A DNA stretch of 35,352 nt from a virus: the IMG/VR virus record IMGVR_UViG_3300045988_127559. The stretch is one strand, 5' to 3'. The notes beneath the pieces were generated by a model. The model saw only the letters and a list, made by a program, of their open reading frames with translations. It did not search any database and had not been told where the DNA came from. Position numbers and translations under genes: made by a program. Position 1 is the stretch's first letter; each line of letters starts with the position of its first letter. Of this stretch, positions 1 to 8,745 are shown in pieces.

Positions 1-119
1 CAATAGCGATAATCAACTTGAATTAGCAAATGAGTTAGCTAAATACTCAAACACACAAATCAAGGAAATCAAAGCAAAATATAAACCACAAAAACAAGAT
101 TTAGATAAACAAAAAAAAG
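1..119. repeat. Terminal direct repeat, copy 1 (circular assembly overlap)
   Basis: nt 1-119 (caatagcgataatcaacttg...aaacaaaaaaaag) are identical to 35234-35352. Confidence 0.95.
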
Positions 120-496
120 AAATTTTGGGAAAAGAAAAAGATGCATTAAAGCCGTATGAAAATGCTAAAACAGTTATTAAAAGTGCTATTGGCAACTACA
201 CGAAGAAAATTGAACTTGAAAGAATTGAACAAGAAAAAAGAATCAAAGAGGAAGAAGAAAAATACGGTATTTCATTGGAAGTGGTTAAGGAAGTGCCAAA
301 ATTAAAAGGTACTCATATTAGAAAAACATGGAAAGCAAGAATTGTTGACGATGATAAAGTCCCCGTTAAAATTGGTACAACAATGATTAGAGAAATCAAT
401 ATGTCGGTATTGAATGATATTGCAAAAGTGTATCAAGGAAATTTTGAAATACCCGGAGTGGAATTTTATCAAGAAGAGGCGGTGGCGATCAGATGA
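1..496 (+). CDS. Sipho_Gp157-like protein, 3' portion (gene starts at 35175 and crosses the circular junction; 184 aa when joined)
   Basis: The frame is open from nt 2. Joined product is MELTREQLELQIHTVNSL...EEAVAIR, with a K/E-rich coiled-coil N-terminal half. It sits between a Rad52-like annealase and SSB, where Gp157-family genes usually lie. Confidence 0.5.
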   Translation, partial: NSDNQLELANELAKYSNTQIKEIKAKYKPQKQDLDKQKKEILGKEKDALKPYENAKTVIKSAIGNYTKKIELERIEQEKRIKEEEEKYGISLEVVKEVPKLKGTHIRKTWKARIVDDDKVPVKIGTTMIREINMSVLNDIAKVYQGNFEIPGVEFYQEEAVAIR

Positions 497-912
497 TAAA
501 CAGAAGTGTTTTAGTTGGTAGGTTGACACGTGACCCCGAATTAAGAAGAACACAACAAGGTGATGCGGTTACTTCATTTACTTTAGCGGTAAATCGTAAT
601 TTTACAAGCAGAGATGGTCAACAACAAGCAGATTTTATTAATTGTGTCGCGTGGCGTAAACCTGCCGAAAATGTAAACCAATACTGCTCTAAAGGAAGTT
701 TGGTAGGCGTGGAGGGTAGAATCCAAACACGCAGTTACGATAATTCACAAGGGCAAAAGGTAAATGTAGTTGAAGTTATTTGCGATAGTGTGCAGTTTTT
801 GGAAACTAAACCAAAGGAAGAATCAAAGAACGAGTATGATGTTAAAGACCCAAGGTTTGATGATTTAAAGCAAAACCAATATGACATTATGGAAGACGAT
901 TTGCAGTTCTGA
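493..912 (+). CDS. ssb: Single-stranded DNA-binding protein
   Basis: N-terminal OB-fold signature [35 protein letters not shown]...[28 protein letters not shown] and acidic C-terminal tail EDDLQF. ATGA overlap with the upstream gene. Confidence 0.95.
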   Translation: MINRSVLVGRLTRDPELRRTQQGDAVTSFTLAVNRNFTSRDGQQQADFINCVAWRKPAENVNQYCSKGSLVGVEGRIQTRSYDNSQGQKVNVVEVICDSVQFLETKPKEESKNEYDVKDPRFDDLKQNQYDIMEDDLQF

Positions 913-1409
913 TGATTAAACTTTTAGGAAAATATTTACATAGAGTAATCAATTACGAAACGGGAGATTTAGAGATTACTTTTACAATAAGTGATTACAA
1001 CTCTAAAGCTAACACCGATGAATTAGAAAAAGAGTTGTATTCACTTGAAATAAAAAAACCTAGGTCTAAAAGGTCATTAAATCAAAATGCGTATTTGTGG
1101 TCTCTTATTCATGAACTAGCTTTGAAAATGGACGAGGACGACATGGACGTGTATATAAAACTGCTTAATGAAACTAAAGCAAAATATGAAGTTTTAAAAG
1201 TATTGGCGATAGCTGAAAATGATCTTAAAAAATGTTTTAGAGTTGTAAAGCTTATTAAGTACGACACTAACAAAGATTATGCATATTTTCAATGTTATTA
1301 CGGCTCATCTACATTTACAACCGAAGAAATGAATAAATTAATTGATACTGCGATAAGCTGGTGTAATGAGTTAAATATACCAACGTTAGATGGTGGTATA
1401 TATGGCTGA
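912..1409 (+). CDS. NinB/Orf-like recombination protein (alternatively the related 'putative HNHc nuclease' fold)
   Basis: Motif RSKRSLNQNAYLWSLI resembles lambda NinB RSLDQNRKLWACL. It lies in the recombination module and is translationally coupled (TGATG). Confidence 0.45.
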   Translation: MIKLLGKYLHRVINYETGDLEITFTISDYNSKANTDELEKELYSLEIKKPRSKRSLNQNAYLWSLIHELALKMDEDDMDVYIKLLNETKAKYEVLKVLAIAENDLKKCFRVVKLIKYDTNKDYAYFQCYYGSSTFTTEEMNKLIDTAISWCNELNIPTLDGGIYG

Positions 1410-1779
1410 ATTTATTATCTATGGGCGTTTAGATGGACTTAACGAATATACAAGCGCCAATCGGTCTAACCGTTACAAAGGCAGTCAGATGAAGCTTAAA
1501 AACGAATCTATCGTAATAGAAGCTATAAAGAGATATCAGCTACAGAAAATAAAAAAATATCCTATCAAACTAAGGATTACATGGTATGAAAAAAATAAAC
1601 GTCGTGATGTAGATAACATAACTTTCGCAACAAAATTTATTCAAGACGCATTAGTTAAACAAGGGATAATCATTGACGATAGCCAAAAGTATATAAATCA
1701 ATTACGGCATGATGTAAAAGTTGATAAAGAATACCCGAGAATAGAGGTACAACTGATTGAAAACAATAATACAAGATAA
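1402..1779 (+). CDS. rusA: RusA-family Holliday junction resolvase
   Basis: About 125 aa with RRDVDNITFATKFIQDALVKQGIIIDDSQKYI, the Asp-rich catalytic region typical of RusA. ATG at 1402 follows SD GGTGG; the ORF track start at 1390 is less likely. Confidence 0.8.
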   Translation: MAEFIIYGRLDGLNEYTSANRSNRYKGSQMKLKNESIVIEAIKRYQLQKIKKYPIKLRITWYEKNKRRDVDNITFATKFIQDALVKQGIIIDDSQKYINQLRHDVKVDKEYPRIEVQLIENNNTR

Positions 1780-2032
1780 AAAAGTATGTTACTTATGCGG
1801 TACAACTTTAAATTTAGAAGATCACCATTGCTTGAATGGGAGTGATAGGAAGAAATGTGAAGAAGATGGGCTAAAAGTATGGCTATGTGCTAATTGCCAT
1901 CGCATAGCGCCTTATTCTGCTCATAGGAGTATAGAAACTAGGATAAGACTAAAACGTGTAGCACAAGCTAAATATTTAGAAACTCACACTCAAGTCGAGT
2001 GGTTTAGACGATATTATAAGAATTATTTATAG
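1757..2032 (+). CDS. Small HNH-like zinc-binding protein
   Basis: CYLCG...EDHHCLNG..RKKCEEDGLKVWLCANCH gives a CxxC...HH...CxxCH arrangement. TTG start preceded by AGAGG. Overlaps the end of rusA. Confidence 0.4.
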   Translation: MKTIIQDKKVCYLCGTTLNLEDHHCLNGSDRKKCEEDGLKVWLCANCHRIAPYSAHRSIETRIRLKRVAQAKYLETHTQVEWFRRYYKNYL

Positions 2033-2113
2033 AGTATTATAAGATTTTAAAAGAAGGGTACAGGCAGCAACGGGAAAAGTTGTTGAAGTGTGCGGTGAAT
2101 GAGGAAACAAAAG

Positions 2114-2653
2114 ATGAAAATAGACATATTCAATACAGATAAAAAATATGACATTATTTATGCCGATCCTCCTTGGAGGTATAACGACAGAAGATGCAAC
2201 GGTGCATGTGAAAATCATTATGAAACTATGAAAATAAAAGATATATGTGATTTGCCAGTTAAAAATTTATGTTCTGATAATTGTGTCATGTTTTTATGGA
2301 CAACCTATCCGATGTTACAAGAAGCATTTAAGCTGATTGAATCTTGGGGATTTAAATATAAAACTATCGGTTTTCAATGGATTAAACAAAATAAATCAGG
2401 GAATGGATATTTTTTTGGTTTAGGCAGATGGACTAGAGGTAATTCAGAGTGTTGCTTGATAGCTACAAAAGGAAAACCTAAAAGAATAAATAATAGTGTT
2501 AGTCAGTTGATTGTATCACCAATACAATCTCATTCTAAAAAACCTGATGAAACTAGGGAAAAGATAGTTGAATTGATGGGAGATTTATCTCGTATAGAAT
2601 TATTCGCTAGACAATCCACAAAAGGTTGGGATGTATGGGGAAATGAAGTTTAA
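2114..2653 (+). CDS. MT-A70 family N6-adenine DNA methyltransferase (orphan, no cognate nuclease)
   Basis: Catalytic DPPW motif in YDIIYADPPWRY, then HYETM, FLWTT and the C-terminal HSKKPDE..ELFAR pattern of the MT-A70/Dam-like phage methylases. ATG 2114 has SD GAGGAA 7 nt upstream. Confidence 0.9.
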   Translation: MKIDIFNTDKKYDIIYADPPWRYNDRRCNGACENHYETMKIKDICDLPVKNLCSDNCVMFLWTTYPMLQEAFKLIESWGFKYKTIGFQWIKQNKSGNGYFFGLGRWTRGNSECCLIATKGKPKRINNSVSQLIVSPIQSHSKKPDETREKIVELMGDLSRIELFARQSTKGWDVWGNEV

Positions 2654-2694
2654 ATATTAAATAAAAAAATAAAGAAAGGAGACGGTGGAAATAG

Positions 2695-2900
2695 GCAAAA
2701 AATGTTGAGTATGAAAGACTGCAAACACTTCCAGACAATTATACAGATTGTGTATCTGATAGTAGGCGTTATACAGCCATTGGGAACGGAAGGACTGTGA
2801 TGTAATAGCACATATATTCAAAAGTCTGTTTGAAGCACTTGAATCTGATGAACGTGCTGAAATCATAAAGCAGCCAACATTGTTTGATTTAGATAATTAG
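2695..2900 (+). pseudogene. Remnant of the C-terminus of a second DNA methyltransferase (C5-cytosine type motif X), frameshifted and lacking a start
   Basis: Frame 1 reads AKNVEYERLQTLPDNYTDCVSDSRRYTAIGNGRTVM*. Shifting by one base at 2799 continues DVIAHIFKSLFEALESDERAEIIKQPTLFDLDN*. Together these give the ERLQ.PDNYT...RY..GNG(W)TVDVIAHIF tail of phage methylases. There is no upstream ORF or start codon. Confidence 0.65.
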
Positions 2901-2969
2901 ATAAAGAGGAAGAATTAGCATATAAAAAATAATACCCCCACAGGGTATAGAAAGAAAGAGGAAATATAA

Positions 2970-3233
2970 ATGAAAGTTAAAACATTAAAAACAAAACCAA
3001 AGTATTTTGAAATGCAGTTGAAAGGCATAAAAGATTTTGAAATTAGGAAAAATGATCGTTATTTTCAAGTTGGCGATATTTTATGCCTACAAGAATTTGA
3101 CCGCGATTATACCATGAGATTTTTCCATGTAGAGGTAACTTGTGTAATTTATGATAGCGAGTATTGCAAAGATGGCTACGTAGTTTTAGGAACACGAAAA
3201 AGGTTAGATTTAGATGCTAACTTGCTAAGATAG
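2970..3233 (+). CDS. DUF3850 / ASCH-like (PUA-fold) small protein
   Basis: KTKPKYFEMQLKGIKDFEIRKNDRYFQVGDILCLQEFD...DGYVVLG matches the DUF3850 pattern (K..P.YF..v..G.K.FEiRkNDR.fqvGD.l.L.E...). Good SD AAGAGG. Confidence 0.7.
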   Translation: MKVKTLKTKPKYFEMQLKGIKDFEIRKNDRYFQVGDILCLQEFDRDYTMRFFHVEVTCVIYDSEYCKDGYVVLGTRKRLDLDANLLR

Positions 3234-3264
3234 AAAACGAATATAGTAAAAGAGGTATTTAGAA

Positions 3265-3708
3265 ATGTTAAAGATAGAGAAGATTAAAAAAGAAATTAAA
3301 AATTATGACACCAATAATAATGTATACTTCGGTTGTTATTTAGCAAACTTTGAGTCAAATATTGATTATGAAGAAAGCGATTGTTTTAAAGAAATACTTT
3401 GTTCAGAGTGTTTAAGGCTATCATTGTTAAACTTATTAGAAGAATATAAAGAACCAGTTAAATTAACAAAATTTGAATATGAATATTTAAAGTTTGCTAA
3501 GGAAAATGAATACAACTTTATTGCAAGAGATAAAAATAACAACTTGTATTTGTATTCAAATAAACCATGGAAAGCCGAAAATGATTGGGATTACGAAGAT
3601 AGAACTACACCCGTGTTTGCTGAATTATTTAAATTTGTTAAATGGGAGAATGAATCTCCTATGTTAATTGAAGAACTATTAAAATGCGAGGTTATTGAAA
3701 ATGAATAA
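3265..3708 (+). CDS. Hypothetical early protein
   Basis: 147-aa ORF, SD AAGAGG, co-directional early operon. No family recognised. Confidence 0.6.
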   Translation: MLKIEKIKKEIKNYDTNNNVYFGCYLANFESNIDYEESDCFKEILCSECLRLSLLNLLEEYKEPVKLTKFEYEYLKFAKENEYNFIARDKNNNLYLYSNKPWKAENDWDYEDRTTPVFAELFKFVKWENESPMLIEELLKCEVIENE

Positions 3709-3958
3709 AGTACATATTAAAAATGAATTTCTAATTAATATTGCAATAGCCCAACGTATGTTTGATAAATTTAAAGACGAATTACAAAGAAGCGATAATT
3801 ATGAAGTAAACGGAAAAGTATCACGGGAAACACGTAAATCAAGATTAAATATGTATCGAAAGATAATCAATGATGAATTATTAGAAATAGAACGCAATTA
3901 TGGTGGGGGAAAATATAATTTTGAAATGGCTGAGGTAATGCAAGATGAAAAAAGTTAA
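3701..3958 (+). CDS. Hypothetical early protein
   Basis: ORF overlapping the upstream stop. ATG 3701 is preferred over TTG 3695. Confidence 0.55.
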   Translation: MNKVHIKNEFLINIAIAQRMFDKFKDELQRSDNYEVNGKVSRETRKSRLNMYRKIINDELLEIERNYGGGKYNFEMAEVMQDEKS

Positions 3959-4217
3959 TCCAGCGGACATATTAATTAGTCCAGTTGGAATGGATAATTT
4001 ATTAGTTATTGATCAATATGATGATGAAGTAATTAAAAATAATGAACTACTTTTGGATAAACCGTATTTTTCTTTAGAAGAGGTGTTAGACGGTTTAAAT
4101 AAAGACGGACATTATTTAATTATTGTTGAGGGTCCGTTACACGGTGAAATTTATCGATACAACAATTATGGTGAACAAGAAGTGTATTTGATTGGAAGAA
4201 CGTGCGGATACGCATGA
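3945..4217 (+). CDS. Hypothetical early protein
   Basis: 90-aa ORF, SD GAGG. C-terminal GPLHGEIYRYNNYGEQEVYLIGRTCGYA resembles a recurrent small phage protein of unknown function. Confidence 0.55.
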   Translation: MKKVNPADILISPVGMDNLLVIDQYDDEVIKNNELLLDKPYFSLEEVLDGLNKDGHYLIIVEGPLHGEIYRYNNYGEQEVYLIGRTCGYA

Positions 4218-4231
4218 AAGGAGAGAAAACA

Positions 4232-4522
4232 ATGCCTAAATATAGAAAGAAACCCGTAGTTGTAGAAGCAGTTCGGTGGACGGGAAGTAATTTAGAAGAA
4301 ATACGTAATTTTGTTGGTAGTGATCTAATCGAAGAGTGTGTGGAATTTTTTGATATAAAGAGGACGTTAAATAAAATGCTAGTTGGAATTGCAATCGACA
4401 CGCTAGAAGGAACAATGAGAGTTGATTATGGCGATTACATCATTAAAGGTGTTAAAGGCGAATTTTACCCATGTAAGTCCGATATTTTCTTGGCAACCTA
4501 TGAGGAGGTGGCAGAAGTATGA
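4232..4522 (+). CDS. Conserved small phage protein of unknown function
   Basis: MPKYRKKPVVVEAVRW...GDYIIKGVKGEFYPCKSDIFLATYEEV is a motif set recurrent in Firmicutes phages. ATG 4232 follows GAAAGGAGAG. Confidence 0.65.
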   Translation: MPKYRKKPVVVEAVRWTGSNLEEIRNFVGSDLIEECVEFFDIKRTLNKMLVGIAIDTLEGTMRVDYGDYIIKGVKGEFYPCKSDIFLATYEEVAEV

Positions 4523-4848
4523 GTAATTCAAAATATCGAGAAGCGTTAGATAGACTTTGTGAAAATAATTATTTCGATGAAAATGGTAATTGTAACTGTG
4601 AATTAATTGTAATGGATCGTATTTTATTACAAGAATTAGTTGATAAAACAACATGGGTACCAGTTAAAAAAGGATTGCCTGATGATAGACAAGTTGTTTT
4701 AACTATTAAAAATAAGCATATAAGTATTCTTGAATATCATGCAGATACAAAACATTGGTTTGAAACAAGAGGAAATTGGTGGTGGTCATATAACATGGTT
4801 GACGCTTGGATGCCTTTACCAAAACCGTATTTAGGGAGTGAAAGATGA
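4519..4848 (+). CDS. DUF551-like protein
   Basis: C-terminal W.PVKKGLPDD...W....VDAWMPLPKPY matches the DUF551 pattern. SD GAGGAGG, ATGA overlap. Confidence 0.6.
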   Translation: MSNSKYREALDRLCENNYFDENGNCNCELIVMDRILLQELVDKTTWVPVKKGLPDDRQVVLTIKNKHISILEYHADTKHWFETRGNWWWSYNMVDAWMPLPKPYLGSER

Positions 4849-5042
4849 TGACCGCTAAAGAAATGTTTGAAGCATTAGGATATACATATTATAAAAGTGA
4901 CAATATGATTCTTTATGAAATAAGTGAAATAAACTACTTTCTTTTTAGCCCAGATAAAGAAATTACGGTAGGTGATTATGGTATAGACGTAGCTACATTG
5001 AAAGCAATTAATCAACAATGTAAAGAACTGGGGTGGATTTGA
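4845..5042 (+). CDS. Hypothetical early protein (65 aa)
   Basis: ORF with SD GGGAG, overlapping stops on both sides. Confidence 0.5.
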   Translation: MMTAKEMFEALGYTYYKSDNMILYEISEINYFLFSPDKEITVGDYGIDVATLKAINQQCKELGWI

Positions 5043-5293
5043 TGGAAAATGAGCAAGATTGGAAATTTGATAAAGACAAAGCTAGTAAAGCACTGCAAAC
5101 ATTGTCTTGTCATGTCAATCCTTTTAGAGATGAAAATGTGGCGGAATTAGTTAGAGTTATTTCTTATTGTATGGATTTAGAACAAGCATTAGATAAAGCG
5201 TGTGAAGAATTAGAAACATTTGATATGACATTTAATGATGGTGATTTTGTTGATATAAAAAACAAAGAACAATGGAAAGAGTGGTTGAAATAA
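5042..5293 (+). CDS. Hypothetical acidic early protein
   Basis: ORF; ATG 5042 (TGATG coupling) follows GGGGTGG. Confidence 0.5.
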   Translation: MENEQDWKFDKDKASKALQTLSCHVNPFRDENVAELVRVISYCMDLEQALDKACEELETFDMTFNDGDFVDIKNKEQWKEWLK

Positions 5294-5294
5294 A

Positions 5295-5819
5295 ATGTTG
5301 AGTAAGGAAGATTGTGAAATAGCATTAGAAAATGCAGTAGATACAGGAATTATTAAAAAGGATTGGAAAATCTTAAACCAATTAATCGGAGAACATTTTG
5401 TACAAAAAGAAAATACAGAAGAATATAAACATTTTAAGTTGCATAGTGATAGTACTTTAAAAAATCTAACGAAAGTTGAATTAATAGACTATATTAAGAT
5501 GCTATATCATAATTGGGGAGCTTGCGATGAGCAATTAAAAAGAGTTATTGATAAAGCAAAAGAATTAAGTGATTCGAATGATGAACTAAGAAGACAATTA
5601 TATTTTATTGAACCATACAAATTTGAAGATTTAAAGCCTAATATGTGGGTTTATGATATTAAAGTAAAATGGTTATTTAAAATTGTTTCTGTGGATATAG
5701 GGATTGAAGCTTTAAAGCACTATGTATTTATAGTTGAAAATAGAGACGGAAGCACTTCTTTAATAAATTTCGAAGAAAACCGTTTCTTTCCAGTGCTATG
5801 CGCTAATCTAGAGAGCTAA
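5295..5819 (+). CDS. Hypothetical early protein (174 aa)
   Basis: Long ORF in the early operon. No family recognised. Confidence 0.6.
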   Translation: MLSKEDCEIALENAVDTGIIKKDWKILNQLIGEHFVQKENTEEYKHFKLHSDSTLKNLTKVELIDYIKMLYHNWGACDEQLKRVIDKAKELSDSNDELRRQLYFIEPYKFEDLKPNMWVYDIKVKWLFKIVSVDIGIEALKHYVFIVENRDGSTSLINFEENRFFPVLCANLES

Positions 5820-5823
5820 AAAA

Positions 5824-6039
5824 ATGAGTAAGTTATATGCAATATACGATGAAAACGACTTTCCCGTATGTGTTGGAAGTTCTAAGGAATGTGCTGCATA
5901 CATGGGAAAGAAATCATCGAAAACATTTATACAACATTGTACCAAGGTACGAGCAGGAATAATTAAACCTAAACTTAGAGGATATGTAATAGGAGAAGAT
6001 CCACAAGGAAAGAGGTCGAAAAATGATAATAACGGATAA
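5824..6039 (+). CDS. Hypothetical early protein (71 aa)
   Basis: ORF in the operon with a weak SD. Confidence 0.45.
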   Translation: MSKLYAIYDENDFPVCVGSSKECAAYMGKKSSKTFIQHCTKVRAGIIKPKLRGYVIGEDPQGKRSKNDNNG

Positions 6040-6388
6040 ATTAAAAAATAATATAGAGATTGTAAATACTTATGTAGATAAATACGGTTGTGTGCCTAGA
6101 GACGGTACATTTTACAGTGAGGGAGGTGACTTAGATTACATATGCGGTTTATTTAAAAGCTATGAAAACTTTATAAAAGAACTTGGCTTCGAAGATTATG
6201 GATATAGAAAACTTAAAAAATACGGGGTCCACGATATAAGAAGAGGAAAATTAATTTATATTGGTTTCCTACGAGATATTAAAGAAGAGTTTTTTAAAGA
6301 TAAATATACTTTAGAACATATAAAAAAGGTAACATACTCAAATAAACTCCTTGAAAACAGATATTTAATAAGAAAGGACATAGCATAA
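6023..6388 (+). CDS. Hypothetical protein; faint resemblance to homing-endonuclease accessory repeat plus a degenerate GIY-YIG-like stretch
   Basis: SD AAGAGG. LFKSYENFIKELGF and YGVHDIRRGKLIYIG are only suggestive of the named motifs. Confidence 0.5.
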   Translation: MIITDKLKNNIEIVNTYVDKYGCVPRDGTFYSEGGDLDYICGLFKSYENFIKELGFEDYGYRKLKKYGVHDIRRGKLIYIGFLRDIKEEFFKDKYTLEHIKKVTYSNKLLENRYLIRKDIA

Positions 6389-6843
6389 TGAAAGAAAGCA
6401 AGTATTATCTACAAAATTGGAAGAAATGGAAACGCACTGTTCAACTTTTGGAAGAAACTAGAGACGAACTAATGGACATGAAACGTGCTATTCCTATTGG
6501 AAGTGATAATATGCCAGGTGGGAACCACAGTAGCGTTATTGCCAAAATGCAAAAGATAATAGACCAATGCGATCAATACGATGTTCTTATAAGCAATTAT
6601 AATTTTCTTATTAATTCGCTGGAACGTGCGATAACTGTTTTAAACGAAGAAGAAAAAGAAGTGTGCATTATATTTTCTAATAACCCAGATAATTCAGATG
6701 TAAGGGAAGCTATAGCATCTAAACGAGGGTATTCAAGATCGGTATTTTATCGAAAACTTGATGATGTATATATTAAGCTTAATATGTTGTTATGTTTAAG
6801 CCCGATAATGACAATCGATGATTATGATAAAGAAATATATTAA
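6388..6843 (+). CDS. Late-gene transcriptional regulator (sigma-70 region-4-like; ArpU/RinA/DUF1492 type)
   Basis: Last gene before terS. About 150 aa with LNEEEKEVCIIF...GYSRSVFYRKLDDVYIKL, an HTH-like C-terminus typical of these phage late activators. Confidence 0.55.
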   Translation: MKESKYYLQNWKKWKRTVQLLEETRDELMDMKRAIPIGSDNMPGGNHSSVIAKMQKIIDQCDQYDVLISNYNFLINSLERAITVLNEEEKEVCIIFSNNPDNSDVREAIASKRGYSRSVFYRKLDDVYIKLNMLLCLSPIMTIDDYDKEIY

Positions 6844-6847
6844 TAAC

Positions 6848-6880
6848 AAACTGGGACTAAACTGGGACTAAAATAGACTA
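6848..6880. repeat. 11-bp tandem repeat AAACTGGGACT (2 perfect copies plus 1 degenerate)
   Basis: aaactgggact aaactgggact aaaatagacta lies directly after the regulator stop codon. Confidence 0.85.
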
Positions 6881-6972
6881 TTTATGTGTTATTATTGTAT
6901 TGTGGGAAATTGGTTAATCCACACGGCGACATGTTTTTTAGTTATATTTCTAAACTCCTTTCATTTTTATAA

Positions 6973-6995
6973 AGCGGTCAAATGACTGCTTTTTT
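6973..6995 (+). terminator. Rho-independent terminator ending the early/middle operon
   Basis: agcggtc-aaat-gactgct stem (7 bp including one G-T) followed by TTTTT. Confidence 0.6.
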
Positions 6996-7044
6996 GTTAT
7001 CTAAGACGATATTATTACTCTCCCTATAGTATCGTCTTAAATAA
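6996..7044. promoter_or_regulatory. Long inverted repeat upstream of terS (14 of 15 bp arms, 18-nt loop)
   Basis: ttatCtaagacgata (6996-7011) pairs with tatcgtcttaAataa (7030-7044). The core taagacgata/tatcgtctta is perfect. Confidence 0.7.
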
Positions 7045-7118
7045 CATAAGGGGCATGAAAATGGACGATGATGAAGAATTAGACAACATAATAGATATAT
7101 ATTGGAGGTGCTTTAAGA

Positions 7119-7517
7119 ATGGCAAAACACTTAACAGATGCGAAGAAAAAGAAAATAATAGCCGATTATGTAGGGTGCGGAAACTATTCGGAAGTAGCAA
7201 GAAAAAACAAGGTATCTAAAGATACTGTTAGGAGATTATGCAATCGCACGGATATTCTTCAAAAAGCGCAAGAGAAAAAAGAGCAAAACACCAAAGATAT
7301 GCTTGAATACCTAGATAATAAAAAACAAGATGCAATGGAATTCATTGACATGGCGTTAGCATCGATGATGGAACCAGAAAAACTAAAAAAATCAAGTGTG
7401 CAGGCATTAGCAACATCAATCGGGATAATAATAGATAAATTCACACCAACAGTACAAACAGATCAATCGTTAGAGAAATTAGACAAGGTATTGGAAAAAA
7501 TAGGCGGTGTCATTTAA
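7119..7517 (+). CDS. terS: Terminase small subunit
   Basis: Immediately upstream of terL. N-terminal HTH (KKIIADYVGCGNYSEVARKNKVSKDTVRRL). SD GGAGGTG. Confidence 0.8.
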   Translation: MAKHLTDAKKKKIIADYVGCGNYSEVARKNKVSKDTVRRLCNRTDILQKAQEKKEQNTKDMLEYLDNKKQDAMEFIDMALASMMEPEKLKKSSVQALATSIGIIIDKFTPTVQTDQSLEKLDKVLEKIGGVI

Positions 7518-8734
7518 TGGCATTTACACAAAAACAACGTGAGTTTTTAGATAACGCTAATCATCGTTGGAATATAAAGCAAGGAGCGACACGTAGCGGT
7601 AAAACCTACTTAGATTACTTTGTTATTCCAAAACGAATAAGGCAAGTTGCTGGAAAAGATGGATTGGTTGTTATTTTAGGAAATACAAAGGGCACACTCC
7701 AAAGGAACGTAATAGAGCCTTTGCAAAATATATATGGAGAACAGTTAGTTGGTAATATTAGAAGCGATAATACCGCGAATATGTTCGGGGAGAAAGTATA
7801 TTGCTTAGGAGCGGATAAGATTAACCAAGTAAACAGAATAAGAGGGGCAAGTATTAAATACTGCTATGGTGACGAGGTTGCGACATGGCACGAAGAAGTA
7901 TTCACAATGCTTAAATCGCGTTTAGATAAGCCGTATAGCAAGTTCGACGGAACTTTAAATCCCGAAAGCCCACACCACTGGCTTAAAAAGTTTCTAGAAA
8001 GTGATGCAGATATATACTGTCAATCTTACACAATAGACGATAACCCGACACTTGACCCATCGTTTGTGGCTAATCTAAAGCAGGAATATGCTGGAACGGT
8101 ATACTATGATCGTTATATCTTAGGATTATGGAAATCGGCTGAGGGTGTAATATATACGCAAATAGCAGATAGACCACAAGATTATGTTATCGATGAAGCA
8201 CCGCCTATTATGTTTGCTACTATTGGAGTAGATTTTGGCGGTAACGGTTCAGCAACCACATTTAATTTAACGGGATATACTTCGGGAATGAACGAGGTAA
8301 TAACTTTGAAAGAGTACTACCGTAAAGGCATTATGACGCCTAAAGAATTAGAAGAAGATTTTTTGACGTTTGTAAAAGAGTGCAAACGATTTTTTATTGT
8401 AACAGACGCTTACTGTGATAGTGCTGAGCAAACTCTTATAAGAGGGTTGAAAGTCGCAGTAGCAAAAGAGGGAATAGGGCTAAGCATACATAATGCAAGG
8501 AAAGGTGAAATAAACAACCGCATACGCTTTTTTTGTCGTTTACATGGCATAGGCAAGCATAAAATCATGCGCGAATGTAAATACACCTTAGAAGCATTTC
8601 AAACTGCTGTATGGGATTCTAAATACGTTACAAAGGATGTTAGGCTGGATGATGGAACATATAACATAGATAGTTTGGATGCACAAGAATATGCGGTAGA
8701 GCCGTATATGAACCAAATTATCGATATATGGTAG
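7517..8734 (+). CDS. terL: Terminase large subunit (PBSX-type)
   Basis: Walker A GATRSGKT, Walker B-like CYGDE, C-terminal nuclease region. 405 aa. Confidence 0.95.
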   Translation: MAFTQKQREFLDNANHRWNIKQGATRSGKTYLDYFVIPKRIRQVAGKDGLVVILGNTKGTLQRNVIEPLQNIYGEQLVGNIRSDNTANMFGEKVYCLGADKINQVNRIRGASIKYCYGDEVATWHEEVFTMLKSRLDKPYSKFDGTLNPESPHHWLKKFLESDADIYCQSYTIDDNPTLDPSFVANLKQEYAGTVYYDRYILGLWKSAEGVIYTQIADRPQDYVIDEAPPIMFATIGVDFGGNGSATTFNLTGYTSGMNEVITLKEYYRKGIMTPKELEEDFLTFVKECKRFFIVTDAYCDSAEQTLIRGLKVAVAKEGIGLSIHNARKGEINNRIRFFCRLHGIGKHKIMRECKYTLEAFQTAVWDSKYVTKDVRLDDGTYNIDSLDAQEYAVEPYMNQIIDIW

Positions 8735-8745
8735 GAGGCGTGCAG

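Noticed and set aside
2657-2866. 69-aa minus-strand ORF in the gap after the methylase
   Set aside because: No SD, and the composition looks like junk. The + strand of the same DNA carries recognisable methyltransferase C-terminal motifs, so the region is better explained as a pseudogene remnant.
2932-2948. Hairpin ATACCC-ccaca-GGGTAT whose U-run is only on the minus strand
   Set aside because: There is no minus-strand gene to terminate here. It is possibly a relic that arrived with the methylase remnant and is not interpretable alone.
7055-7219. 54-codon ORF (MKMDDDEELDNIIDIYW...) upstream of and overlapping terS
   Set aside because: The SD is too close to the ATG. Two thirds of the ORF overlap terS in another frame with low-complexity sequence.
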